From assembly GCA_016217925.1 (NCBI GenBank), contig JACRFK010000003.1, positions 143,656 to 207,655 on the forward strand: 64,000 nt of DNA. Direction: 5' to 3'. How positions within the stretch are numbered: the first letter of the stretch is position 1; each line of letters starts with the position of its first letter. A program made the translations under genes and the position numbers. Source of the DNA: Candidatus Kaiserbacteria bacterium (lineage in GTDB: Bacteria > Patescibacteriota > Minisyncoccia > Phycocordibacterales > UBA2100). The notes under the pieces are model-generated. The model saw nothing but the letters and a program-made list of their open reading frames with translations. It was not told the DNA's origin and did no database searches. Below, in pieces: positions 30,647 to 38,992 of the stretch.

Positions 30647-31195
30647 CTACTTTCTCGGCCTCGCAAACGCAAACACCTGCATAACCGATAGCCCGAATCG
30701 ATCGTTTTGCAGAACCCAGCGATATAGGGCCGGGGAAAGAAACACTGAAAAGACGACCGTGCCGGTCAGATGCATGAGCGTGAAAGAGATTTGGCCGGAT
30801 ACAGCGAGAGCCAATGATTGGTGGCTAAAAATGGGGCCTATCATCATGGTCACGGCGTCGTAAGCGACGGTCGCGGGAATGCCGAAAAGAAGGAAATTCT
30901 TGACCGAAGCGTCGCGATTCTTGAAAAAAAGGTGCGCCGCGACGCCGAGGAGTCCATAGCAAATAGCTGTCACTGCCGTCCAACTTCCCCATCCACTCGT
31001 CACTGCGTCGAAAAAGACAATGCCCAGGAATCCGAACAGAAAACTGCCTATGACGCCGTAGCGCTTCGAGAATGGCATCACCGTCGCGAGCATCGGCTCA
31101 AAATTCGGCGGGCGGAAGGGTATGAGCCGGAAGAGAAAAACGGCCGCCCAGCCGATCAAAAATTTGAGCGCGCCGCTTGATACCGAAAAAGGCAT
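30647..31195 (-). CDS. Integral membrane protein, ECF S-component-like
   Basis: About 6 transmembrane segments; R..P..PPNFEP motif. Confidence 0.6.
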   Translation of the reverse strand: MPFSVSSGALKFLIGWAAVFLFRLIPFRPPNFEPMLATVMPFSKRYGVIGSFLFGFLGIVFFDAVTSGWGSWTAVTAICYGLLGVAAHLFFKNRDASVKNFLLFGIPATVAYDAVTMMIGPIFSHQSLALAVSGQISFTLMHLTGTVVFSVFLSPALYRWVLQNDRFGLSVMQVFAFARPRK

Positions 31196-31215
31196 AGGGT
31201 TTCTATGATAGCACG

Positions 31216-31866
31216 CTACCCCAGGTGCGCATGGTCGTTCCAGACGATTATTTGCCATTCGTTTTCCGGCCCTTCTATACCCTCTGTCGCGCCATCTTTG
31301 AAGTGCAGCACCGTGAGGCCCGTGTTGCTCGTGCGAAGGGTCCCCATGACGCGCCCGCATTCCTTGCCGGTAAGTTCTTCTCCAAAGATAACCCGCGCCA
31401 TGAGGAAGCGGGTGAAGAAGCCGTGGCCGACAACGAGGATGTGGTCTTCCGGCCGTTTTTCGAGGAATGTGAGCGCAGCGCTTGCCCGCGCCTTCAGGTC
31501 CTGAAAATTCTCCTCGTCCGCATACCTGAAGTCCGGCGGGTCGAATGTGAATATTGAAGCCGTGACGGGTACCACCTCCGGGTCGTCTTTGCGCTTCCCC
31601 CGAAGTGCGGACGGTATGCGACGCTCCACAAAGAGCTCTGAATATTCAACAGACTTTTGAATGCGCTCACCGATTACCGAAGCGGTCTCTTTGGTACGGG
31701 CCATAGGACTTGCGATAACCACCTCCACGGGCAATTTGGCGACGCGCTCTGCTATGAACCCCGCCTGTTCTCTCCCTCGCTCACTCAATACGGAATCCGC
31801 CAATTGGTACATGAGCGAAGCGTTCCCTTCGCTCTCTCCGTGCCGTACAAGATAGATGGTCTTCAT
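31216..31866 (-). CDS. Histidine phosphatase family protein
   Basis: LVRHGES, SPMAR, VVGHG. Confidence 0.88.
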   Translation of the reverse strand: MKTIYLVRHGESEGNASLMYQLADSVLSERGREQAGFIAERVAKLPVEVVIASPMARTKETASVIGERIQKSVEYSELFVERRIPSALRGKRKDDPEVVPVTASIFTFDPPDFRYADEENFQDLKARASAALTFLEKRPEDHILVVGHGFFTRFLMARVIFGEELTGKECGRVMGTLRTSNTGLTVLHFKDGATEGIEGPENEWQIIVWNDHAHLG

Positions 31867-31954
31867 CCCGCTCTTTCTATACAAGTAAACCCGATGAGAT
31901 TTCAACATTGGGAAGATGGATTGTTTCGTTCATATCTATGAAGAAAGGGCGGGA
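31866..31954. mobile_element. Start-codon MITE, copy 2
   Basis: Same TIRs; TTCA duplicated at 31862-31865 and 31955-31958. Confidence 0.85.
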
Positions 31955-31961
31955 TTCATTG

Positions 31962-33209
31962 TTAGAGTACAAACTTGCCGTCCTTGTAGACGACCTTGGT
32001 GCTGCCGTCTTTCAGATGCGCGGTTACCGTGCGGCGGGTCGTCGAAATGATGTCGGTGTGGACGGACGAATCGTTGAAGCCGAGTGCTTCCGCCTGTTTC
32101 GTCGTGAGCTTGGAGACATCGCCGCGGAACGTGTCGCGGTACGACATACCGAGTGCCAGGTGCGTATTGCCGTACGGACCGCCCATATTTTCATCGAAGA
32201 GCGTCTCGGCCATGAATTTGGTGATACGCGAATGCCGCTTGTCGGTCAGCGAGTATTCCCCGACCTTGTTTGCGTCCTTCGTCGCTATCATCTCTTTCAG
32301 GAGCTTCTCGTTGGTCTTCGCCTTCGACTTCACGACGAGACCGTTTTTGAATTCGAGCTCAATGCCGGTAATTTTGTTGCTGTAACGGTAGAGCGGCTGA
32401 TTGAATTTTATCCATCCGTTGGTGCCCCGCCAATCGGGAGACGTGAAGATCTCGAAGCTCGGTATGTTGCGCCCCGAACCCGCGAGCCAATTCCTTTTTT
32501 CGCCGAGTTTTATCCAGAGATCCATGTCGGGGCCGACGGCATGCAGACGGTCGATCTTCGGTGAGAGTTTGTTGAGCCTGCTGCGGTATTTCTCTATCTC
32601 CCGGTACACGCTCTTCCATTTCGCAATGGGGTCTTTCTCATCGAGGAAGCACGCCTTGATTATCTGGTCCCAATACTCCTTTTCGGAAAGCCCTGCCTCA
32701 CGCGCCATCGCGGGAGTGCCGTAGAGCGCGATAGTCCAGGTGAATTTCCCCTTCCACTCCTTCTCGTGCCGCCAATCCATGAAGGGCTTCAGTGCGAGGC
32801 CGCGGCGCATTATCTTCTTGCCGTCGACGCCTTTGAGCGCATGCGGGTCTTTTTCCGCAAGGATAAAAAGTGAGTGGTCCATGTCGTCCACAAGACCTTT
32901 TAGGTATCTCCTCGGGAAGAAATCGAGCTGGTGGGGCTTCGCGTGCTCGTAAAAATGCCGTGAGACGCTGATATTGCGGCGTTTGTCCCCGTGCTCATCG
33001 TCGGGACCGTAGTGAGCAATGACGTGCCCGCCTGCGTCCACAATCGCGTTGCACACGGCGATATAGAGAGGCTTCGCGGATTCGGAGCAGGATACACGCA
33101 CGACCTCGCCTTTTTTAATTCCCTTCCCGCCGCCGAGCGCGAAATTCACAAGTACATCGGCGTACTTTTTTAATATCGTATCGCTTGGCAGATATGGTTT
33201 TGATGACAT
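31962..33209 (-). CDS. Aminopeptidase, M29 (AmpS/PepS) family
   Basis: NIPSFEIFTSP, GEYSL, TLFDEN, HLALG, SSVHTD. Confidence 0.9.
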   Translation of the reverse strand: MSSKPYLPSDTILKKYADVLVNFALGGGKGIKKGEVVRVSCSESAKPLYIAVCNAIVDAGGHVIAHYGPDDEHGDKRRNISVSRHFYEHAKPHQLDFFPRRYLKGLVDDMDHSLFILAEKDPHALKGVDGKKIMRRGLALKPFMDWRHEKEWKGKFTWTIALYGTPAMAREAGLSEKEYWDQIIKACFLDEKDPIAKWKSVYREIEKYRSRLNKLSPKIDRLHAVGPDMDLWIKLGEKRNWLAGSGRNIPSFEIFTSPDWRGTNGWIKFNQPLYRYSNKITGIELEFKNGLVVKSKAKTNEKLLKEMIATKDANKVGEYSLTDKRHSRITKFMAETLFDENMGGPYGNTHLALGMSYRDTFRGDVSKLTTKQAEALGFNDSSVHTDIISTTRRTVTAHLKDGSTKVVYKDGKFVL

Positions 33210-33273
33210 CGTCCCAGACTACTACGTCTTGCGGTGCCATGCAAAAACAAAAAACCTCTTTCGAGGTCTTGTA

Positions 33274-34743
33274 TTACCTGAACGTGATCTCTTGCGCCCG
33301 TTCTTTGATATCGATGGGATACACGCCGCTGAAGCACGAGGTGCAAAATTGGTTTTCGGGAAGACCGGTCGCGGCTATCATGCCCTCATATGAAAGAAAA
33401 CGCAGCGAGGTGGCACCGAGGTACTCCTGCATTTCGGGGACGGACTTCGTAGCCGCGATGAGGTCTTTTTGTTGAGGCGTGTCGATGCCATAGAAATCGG
33501 GGAATTTGACCGGCGGGGAGGCGACCAAAAAATGCACTTCCTTCGCGCCCGCCTCAAAGAGCATTTTTACGATCTGGCGCGATGTCGTCCCACGAACGAT
33601 GGAATCGTCGAACACGACTACCCGCTTCCCTTGCACGACCTCCGGAATAGGTGTGAGCTTTGCCTTGACGCCCTGCTCGCGCACATGCTGGTCGGGTGTG
33701 ATGAATGTGCGGTGGATGTAACGGTTCTTGGTGAGTCCCATCTCGAAGCGGAGCCCGAGCGTCTCCGCGTAGCCCACCGCCGAAGCAATCGCCGTTTCGG
33801 GTACCGGTATGACGACGTCGGCTTCGAGCGGGTATTCCTTGGCGAGCTGCACGCCGAAATTGCGGCGTACTTCATACACCGACTTGCCGAGTAGCCGACT
33901 GTCGGGGCGCGCGAAGTAGACGAACTCAAAAATATCGAGCTTCGGGTTCGGCTCGGCGACCTGTTCGCTATGTAATCCCTTCTCGTCTATCACCAGCAAT
34001 TCACCGGGTGCGATGTCACGTTCGTATTCGGCGCCGATCGGTGCGAATGCACAGGTTTCCGAGGCGATGACCCATCCGCCATTGAGCCGTGCGAGCGAGA
34101 GTGGACGGATGCCGCAATGATCGCGGACGGCGACGAGTGAATCGCGCGACATGATAAGCAGAGAGAATGCGCCCTGGAGCAGCGGATAGACATCTTTGAT
34201 CGCGGTCGTGAGTTCAACACCTTCGCGCATCCGCGCTGCTATAGCTTCGACGATCATGCGAGAATCGGAAAATTCCGCAGTATCGATACTTCGTTCCCGC
34301 AGGAACTGCTCGAGTGCGGCGGTCGTCGGCAGGTTCCCGTTGTGAACGAGCGCGATTGCGCCGTCGTCGGGGCCTGAAGAGAGCGACACTGAATCATTCA
34401 GGCTTGGGTGCGGGTCCTCGTAGGATACCGTCTTAAGTGCCGACGCACCTGCTGCGAGCATCGGCTGCGCGTGCTTGACCTTGGAGCCGCCGGCCGTGGA
34501 ATAACGATTATGGGCCACTGCGATGTGGCCCTTGAAACTCCCTATGAGCTCGTCATTGAAGACCTGGGATACGAGGCCCATTCCTTTGTGCACCGTCATC
34601 GTTTTGCCGTTCGTGGTAGCGATGCCGGCGCTTTCTTGCCCGCGGTGTTGGAGCGCGAAGAGACCGAAAAAGGAGAGTCGCGCGACTTCGAGGTCTTTTC
34701 CGTAGACTCCGAAGACCGCGCATTTTTCTCCGAGTGGTTGCAT
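33274..34743 (-). CDS. purF: Amidophosphoribosyltransferase
   Basis: EKCAVFG, LQHRGQE, HNRYST, DDSIVRGTT. Confidence 0.95.
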   Translation of the reverse strand: MQPLGEKCAVFGVYGKDLEVARLSFFGLFALQHRGQESAGIATTNGKTMTVHKGMGLVSQVFNDELIGSFKGHIAVAHNRYSTAGGSKVKHAQPMLAAGASALKTVSYEDPHPSLNDSVSLSSGPDDGAIALVHNGNLPTTAALEQFLRERSIDTAEFSDSRMIVEAIAARMREGVELTTAIKDVYPLLQGAFSLLIMSRDSLVAVRDHCGIRPLSLARLNGGWVIASETCAFAPIGAEYERDIAPGELLVIDEKGLHSEQVAEPNPKLDIFEFVYFARPDSRLLGKSVYEVRRNFGVQLAKEYPLEADVVIPVPETAIASAVGYAETLGLRFEMGLTKNRYIHRTFITPDQHVREQGVKAKLTPIPEVVQGKRVVVFDDSIVRGTTSRQIVKMLFEAGAKEVHFLVASPPVKFPDFYGIDTPQQKDLIAATKSVPEMQEYLGATSLRFLSYEGMIAATGLPENQFCTSCFSGVYPIDIKERAQEITFR

Positions 34744-34809
34744 AGAGAAGTAAGGATTATACCGCTTTAGTGGCCGTAATGCGAGGCCTTAATACGCACC
34801 GCGGTGGAC

Positions 34810-35757
34810 TCAGAGCTTCTTCTCAAGGAGCCACAGCAGAATGGCTTTCTCTACGTGCTTACGGTTCTCCGCCTGGTCGAAGATGGCCGAATTCTTGTGC
34901 TCGATGGCGTCGCGGGATATTTCATAACCCACATGCATCGGCATGCAATGCATGATGCCGGCTCCGGGCGCATAAGTATCAATGAGTGTTGCATTAAGCT
35001 GGTACGGCATGAAAACCGCCTCGCGGCGTTCATATTCGTCTTTGAACTCCGGTTTCGGCTTACCGTTCTCGAAAAACTCCGCATTCATCCAGGTATCCGT
35101 GTGCACATATTGTGCGCCTGCAAGCGCCTCTTTGAGGTCGAGTGTTTTCTTCACTTTGCCGGTCGCGGCGGCCATGGCATTCAGTTCCGTATCGATGCTG
35201 TTCGCATCCGTTTCCGGCGCAGCGATAGCGACCTCAATGCCGAGCTTCCCGCACGCGAGCATGAGCGTGTTGGAGACGTTGTTTTCTATTCCGAGCCAGG
35301 TAATCTTTTTGATTTTATCGAGCCCTCCCGAATGCTCGGCCATAGTGAGGATGTCCGCGAGCGACTGGCAGGGGTGGTATTTTTCGCTGCACGCGTCGAT
35401 TACCGGGATTTGGTCGAACGAGGCAGCCAGTAAGACATCCGCGACGTCGAGCGCGCGAAACATGAAGACGTCGCCGAATCGCATCATCGCGCGAACTTCG
35501 TCGCGAAAATCGGCGAACATGAATTGAGTTTTTGACGCTTCTAGGAAAATCGCGTGGCCGCCGAGCTCCGTCATTGCTGCCTCAAATGAGATGCGCGTGC
35601 GCGTCGAGCCTTTCTGGAAGAACATCAAAAGCGTCCTGCCGTGCAACAAGTCCGTCGCTTCCCCCGCGCGGTACTTTTTCTTGAGCGTAGCGGCCATTTC
35701 CAGAATCTCGCGAATGTCATCCGCGCTTTGTTCCTTCAATGAGATAAGGTGTCTCAT
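34810..35757 (-). CDS. argF: Ornithine carbamoyltransferase-family enzyme
   Basis: STRTR, HPCQ, HCMP, DQAENR; substrate loops divergent. Confidence 0.8.
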   Translation of the reverse strand: MRHLISLKEQSADDIREILEMAATLKKKYRAGEATDLLHGRTLLMFFQKGSTRTRISFEAAMTELGGHAIFLEASKTQFMFADFRDEVRAMMRFGDVFMFRALDVADVLLAASFDQIPVIDACSEKYHPCQSLADILTMAEHSGGLDKIKKITWLGIENNVSNTLMLACGKLGIEVAIAAPETDANSIDTELNAMAAATGKVKKTLDLKEALAGAQYVHTDTWMNAEFFENGKPKPEFKDEYERREAVFMPYQLNATLIDTYAPGAGIMHCMPMHVGYEISRDAIEHKNSAIFDQAENRKHVEKAILLWLLEKKL

Positions 35758-35798
35758 GAAGAAAGAATGACCCGAAACGAATAAAAAAGCAAAAGAAG

Positions 35799-35827
35799 CG
35801 GCGCACGCGGAGATTTCCGCGTGCGCC
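35799..35827 (-). terminator. Terminator hairpin
   Basis: GGCGCACGCGGA/TCCGCGTGCGCC flanked by A and T runs. Confidence 0.7.
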
Positions 35828-35839
35828 CGTTTTTGCGCA

Positions 35840-36349
35840 TCAGCGCATCAAGAGCCAACGTTTCCGCCTCTTCGAATGATGCGGATTACGTGCAGTCGCG
35901 CTTCGGGGCAGGCGTTTGCCCAGTCCCGCCCGCTTCGCCCACTCCCGCACATTCGGCATGGTGAATTTCGTCACCACATGGAACCCGAGCTTAGAGGCGA
36001 TGTGCCAAAGCGCCGGATTCTTGCTGATGAGGAAAAAAGTCGGGTTTTTCCCCGGTAGCTCCTCCTCTTTTGGAGTGAACCGCTTAATCAGCTCCGCGAT
36101 TATTTCCTGAGCTGTACCGTTACCGTTTCCCGCCGCAACATACACACGACGGATTTCGTACAACGGATACTGCGACTCAGACGTCCGATCTTCGACGGAA
36201 GCGTGCGCGATAATCCGCGAACCTTCCGTGCGGATGACCGTGCGTCCTTCTCCGTAGTCGCGCTCAAGTGCAAGCGCATCGAGGCCAGCGGGATGGAACT
36301 CCCCGGTAGCCACCATTTCAGCCACTAAGGCATTCCAATCCAAGTTCAT
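35840..36349 (-). CDS. GNAT-fold-like hypothetical protein
   Basis: SD AAGGAG; YEIRRVYVAAGNGNGTA resembles GNAT motif A. Confidence 0.55.
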   Translation of the reverse strand: MNLDWNALVAEMVATGEFHPAGLDALALERDYGEGRTVIRTEGSRIIAHASVEDRTSESQYPLYEIRRVYVAAGNGNGTAQEIIAELIKRFTPKEEELPGKNPTFFLISKNPALWHIASKLGFHVVTKFTMPNVREWAKRAGLGKRLPRSATARNPHHSKRRKRWLLMR

Positions 36350-36639
36350 TGCTGACTCTCCTTGTTTGAAAGAGCGCATCGTTAGATGCGTTCTGGGTTG
36401 ATACGCATCCAACAAAAGAACAGGCCTCAGAATTTGAGGCCGTTTGGAAAGTTCGTGTAGGAGTACAAACACTCTAAACAGCCTCAAATGAAGCTGTTCG
36501 TCGGGCGTTGTGTGTCATAGGAAGCATGTGTATACAAGGTATCATATCCCCTTTTTCGCGCAACCCCAAAAGAAGACGGGCGCGCCTATGGCGCGCCCGC
36601 AGAAAGAACAGTAAAGAACGTTTTTTATCTCGCCGCCTT

Positions 36640-37542
36640 TTAGGCTTCGCGGGACTGGATAAGGGATGTAAGCGGCATAACCACCAACCCCTCCGCCTCA
36701 AGAATCAAGAGGCGCTCCTGCAGATAGTTCAAGTCTGCCCGTGGCACGACAACACTCACCGATACATACTTCTTATCGGCGAGCGCAGTGACCGTCGGGC
36801 TCCGAAGTGCGGGCAAGGCGGCCAACACTTCGTTAAGGTTTGTTACCGGCACATTCGCAACAAGCATGACCTTCTCCCGCGCGGCGATGACGCCGAGTAG
36901 TATTGTCTTGAACATCCCCACGGCTCTTCTGACATCGTCATCTCTGAAGGCTCCCTTATTCGCGATGAGGACGGTGCTTGTGTGCATCAGGGTTCCGATG
37001 ATGCGGAGATTGTTTGCCCGCAGGCTCTGTCCCGTTTCCGTTAGGCATACGCCATACGGATACGGATCCGGGATTTCGGATTCGATAGAACCCCGGGACG
37101 CCACTATTTCCACCTCGCAACCTATCTTCTCGAAATATGCGCGGGTCAGGCGCGGATATTCCGTGAGCACCCGGGCACCTTTTGGTATCCTAGCCGGACC
37201 ACCCGTCTGGTCCGTAACGAGAACGATTTCAGCTTTGTTCCACGTTGAACGGTTGAACAGGAGGTCCGCACACACCTCGACATCGGCGCCACTTTCGCGT
37301 ACTGAATCGAGACCGACCATGCCAAGTATGTACCTGCCCGTTTCGACCAGTTGCGGAATACGGGACTGATGAACGAACGAGGCTTTCTGAGGCCAAGTGA
37401 CACCAGTGAGCGGGATGTTGGTATCGCCTCCTCGACCGCGAAATAGTTTAATGCCGGCAACGTCGAGCAAATCCAGTGCACGCTGATGCACACTTTTAGT
37501 TGACGGAAGAAGAATGGTGGGAGGATAGAGAGTTGTGCTCAT
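36640..37542 (-). CDS. hisG: ATP phosphoribosyltransferase, long form
   Basis: IPQLVETG, GSIE, ETGQSLRANNL, C-terminal LPALRSPTV domain. Confidence 0.88.
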   Translation of the reverse strand: MSTTLYPPTILLPSTKSVHQRALDLLDVAGIKLFRGRGGDTNIPLTGVTWPQKASFVHQSRIPQLVETGRYILGMVGLDSVRESGADVEVCADLLFNRSTWNKAEIVLVTDQTGGPARIPKGARVLTEYPRLTRAYFEKIGCEVEIVASRGSIESEIPDPYPYGVCLTETGQSLRANNLRIIGTLMHTSTVLIANKGAFRDDDVRRAVGMFKTILLGVIAAREKVMLVANVPVTNLNEVLAALPALRSPTVTALADKKYVSVSVVVPRADLNYLQERLLILEAEGLVVMPLTSLIQSREA

Positions 37543-37583
37543 TTCAGACCTCAATGTGCACGTTCTGTTGTGGGACAGAACGC

Positions 37584-37607
37584 AAAACCCCCTCGCAAGA
37601 GGGGGCT
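37584..37607 (-). terminator. Terminator or attenuator hairpin between yerC and hisG
   Basis: AGCCCCCTC-TTGC-GAGGGGG-TTTT. Confidence 0.6.
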
Positions 37608-37654
37608 GGTTTGATTAACGATATCGTAAGTCGTTATGAAAAAATGGAATCAAC

Positions 37655-37963
37655 TCAACCCTCTCTCGCCAGAGCTGTTGAGTGATGATGCAACTTAGCG
37701 ATAACAGAGCGATACCCGCCCTCTTTGCCGTTGAGCCACTTAGAGACCCGGGCGACCGTGGTCGAGCTGAGTCCCGTTATCTTTTCTATAGTGGAATATG
37801 GCACCTTTTTGGCGAGCATTTCCGCAGTCTGGAACCGTTTGGAGAATTCTTCTATCTCATCGGGCGTGAGCAAATCGCGCAAAAAGCGCCGCGCTTCGTC
37901 CGGCGTTTTGAGCGTGAGCAGCGCCCGTACCAACTGTTTATATTTGGGCTTATTCCAGTCCAT
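37655..37963 (-). CDS. YerC/YecD TrpR-like regulator (HisR-type)
   Basis: FLRDLLTPDEI...TGLSSTTVARVSKWL..G.GGY. Confidence 0.9.
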   Translation of the reverse strand: MDWNKPKYKQLVRALLTLKTPDEARRFLRDLLTPDEIEEFSKRFQTAEMLAKKVPYSTIEKITGLSSTTVARVSKWLNGKEGGYRSVIAKLHHHSTALAREG

Positions 37964-37968
37964 CAGGA

Positions 37969-37988
37969 CACTTTACTCTAGTGGAGTG
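37969..37988. promoter_or_regulatory. Imperfect 20-bp palindromic operator overlapping the -10 box
   Basis: CACTTTACTCTAGTGGAGTG, close to CACTTTA-N6-TAAAGTG. Confidence 0.6.
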
Positions 37989-38072
37989 CTTTTGTAAACC
38001 TCCCGATTTGTCCACGCGCAGCGTGGCTACAAATCGCAGTCCCCTTGGGGGATAAAGCTGTGGATAGCGACG

Positions 38073-38582
38073 TCATCCTCTATGCCGTTCGATCTCCGTG
38101 CGAATACGTTTGAGATCGGTGCCCTGCTTCATGCGCTCAAGTTCGGGGTTGGCTTCCATCGGGACCTGGAGATGCTGCGCGACCTTCTCGAGCATGACGA
38201 GGAGCATTGTTATTTCCTCCTCCGCGCGCACGTCAATTTCGGTATCGATTTGATCTCGGATGTCCTCCATCTTGCTTTGCCGGTTCTGTGCCATGAGTAC
38301 GATTACCGAGAGCACTATCGCTTCGAGGGAGACTACCATCGTGAGGAGGTTGAACGGATACGGATCGAATATGCCGATGCCGGGTATGTCGCCGAGATTG
38401 ATGAGTATCCACAGAGCAAAAACAGCGACATTGGCGAGGAGAAAAGGCACCGTCCCAAATCTAAGCGTGAGAAATTCAGCGAGGCTATCCGTCCAAGTCC
38501 GCCGCATATACAATCGCGACTTTATTTCTTCACGGATCCTTTTTTGTCGGATTCTAGTGCCCGTTTCAGATATTTTATCCAT
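38073..38582 (-). CDS. DUF1003 membrane protein
   Basis: FDPYPFNLL...SLEA...LMAQNRQ. Confidence 0.88.
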   Translation of the reverse strand: MDKISETGTRIRQKRIREEIKSRLYMRRTWTDSLAEFLTLRFGTVPFLLANVAVFALWILINLGDIPGIGIFDPYPFNLLTMVVSLEAIVLSVIVLMAQNRQSKMEDIRDQIDTEIDVRAEEEITMLLVMLEKVAQHLQVPMEANPELERMKQGTDLKRIRTEIERHRG

Positions 38583-38599
38583 ATCGGACCAGTATACCT

Positions 38600-38983
38600 C
38601 TATGGGAAAACATTTCTTTCAGCAACGGGGGTGACGGGTTTGTTCATGAGCGCGAGCGCGAGCGCGGTAGCTGCGATAGAGAGGTCCCGAAAAACGACGA
38701 CGAAATCTTGCCGATCGGTAATGACTATCATGAGGAGGATGGCCGTCGCCGCAAGTGAAGGCCAGAAGATATTCTTGCCCCAGAGGATCCAGAGCGCGAG
38801 CGTCACCTCAACAAGCCCAAACCCATGCAAAAGCACCATGTCGGGGACGTACCCGCGCGTGAACGCGGGAAAATAGCCGATCCAGTCGAGCGGGTTGAAC
38901 ACAGCAGCGATGGGTGGATACAAGAAAGCGAACGCTACTCCAGCGCGCAGCACGAAATTCGCGAGATGAGCTCGTTCCATCAT
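38600..38983 (-). CDS. DoxX-like membrane protein
   Basis: LRAGVAFAF...G..E...VFRD pattern, 4 transmembrane segments. Confidence 0.7.
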   Translation of the reverse strand: MMERAHLANFVLRAGVAFAFLYPPIAAVFNPLDWIGYFPAFTRGYVPDMVLLHGFGLVEVTLALWILWGKNIFWPSLAATAILLMIVITDRQDFVVVFRDLSIAATALALALMNKPVTPVAERNVFP

Positions 38984-38992
38984 ATGCCGATA

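Noticed and set aside
38059-38068. DnaA-box-like TGTGGATAG (similar at about 1558 and 15564)
   Set aside because: Isolated imperfect matches with no cluster or AT-rich unwinding element
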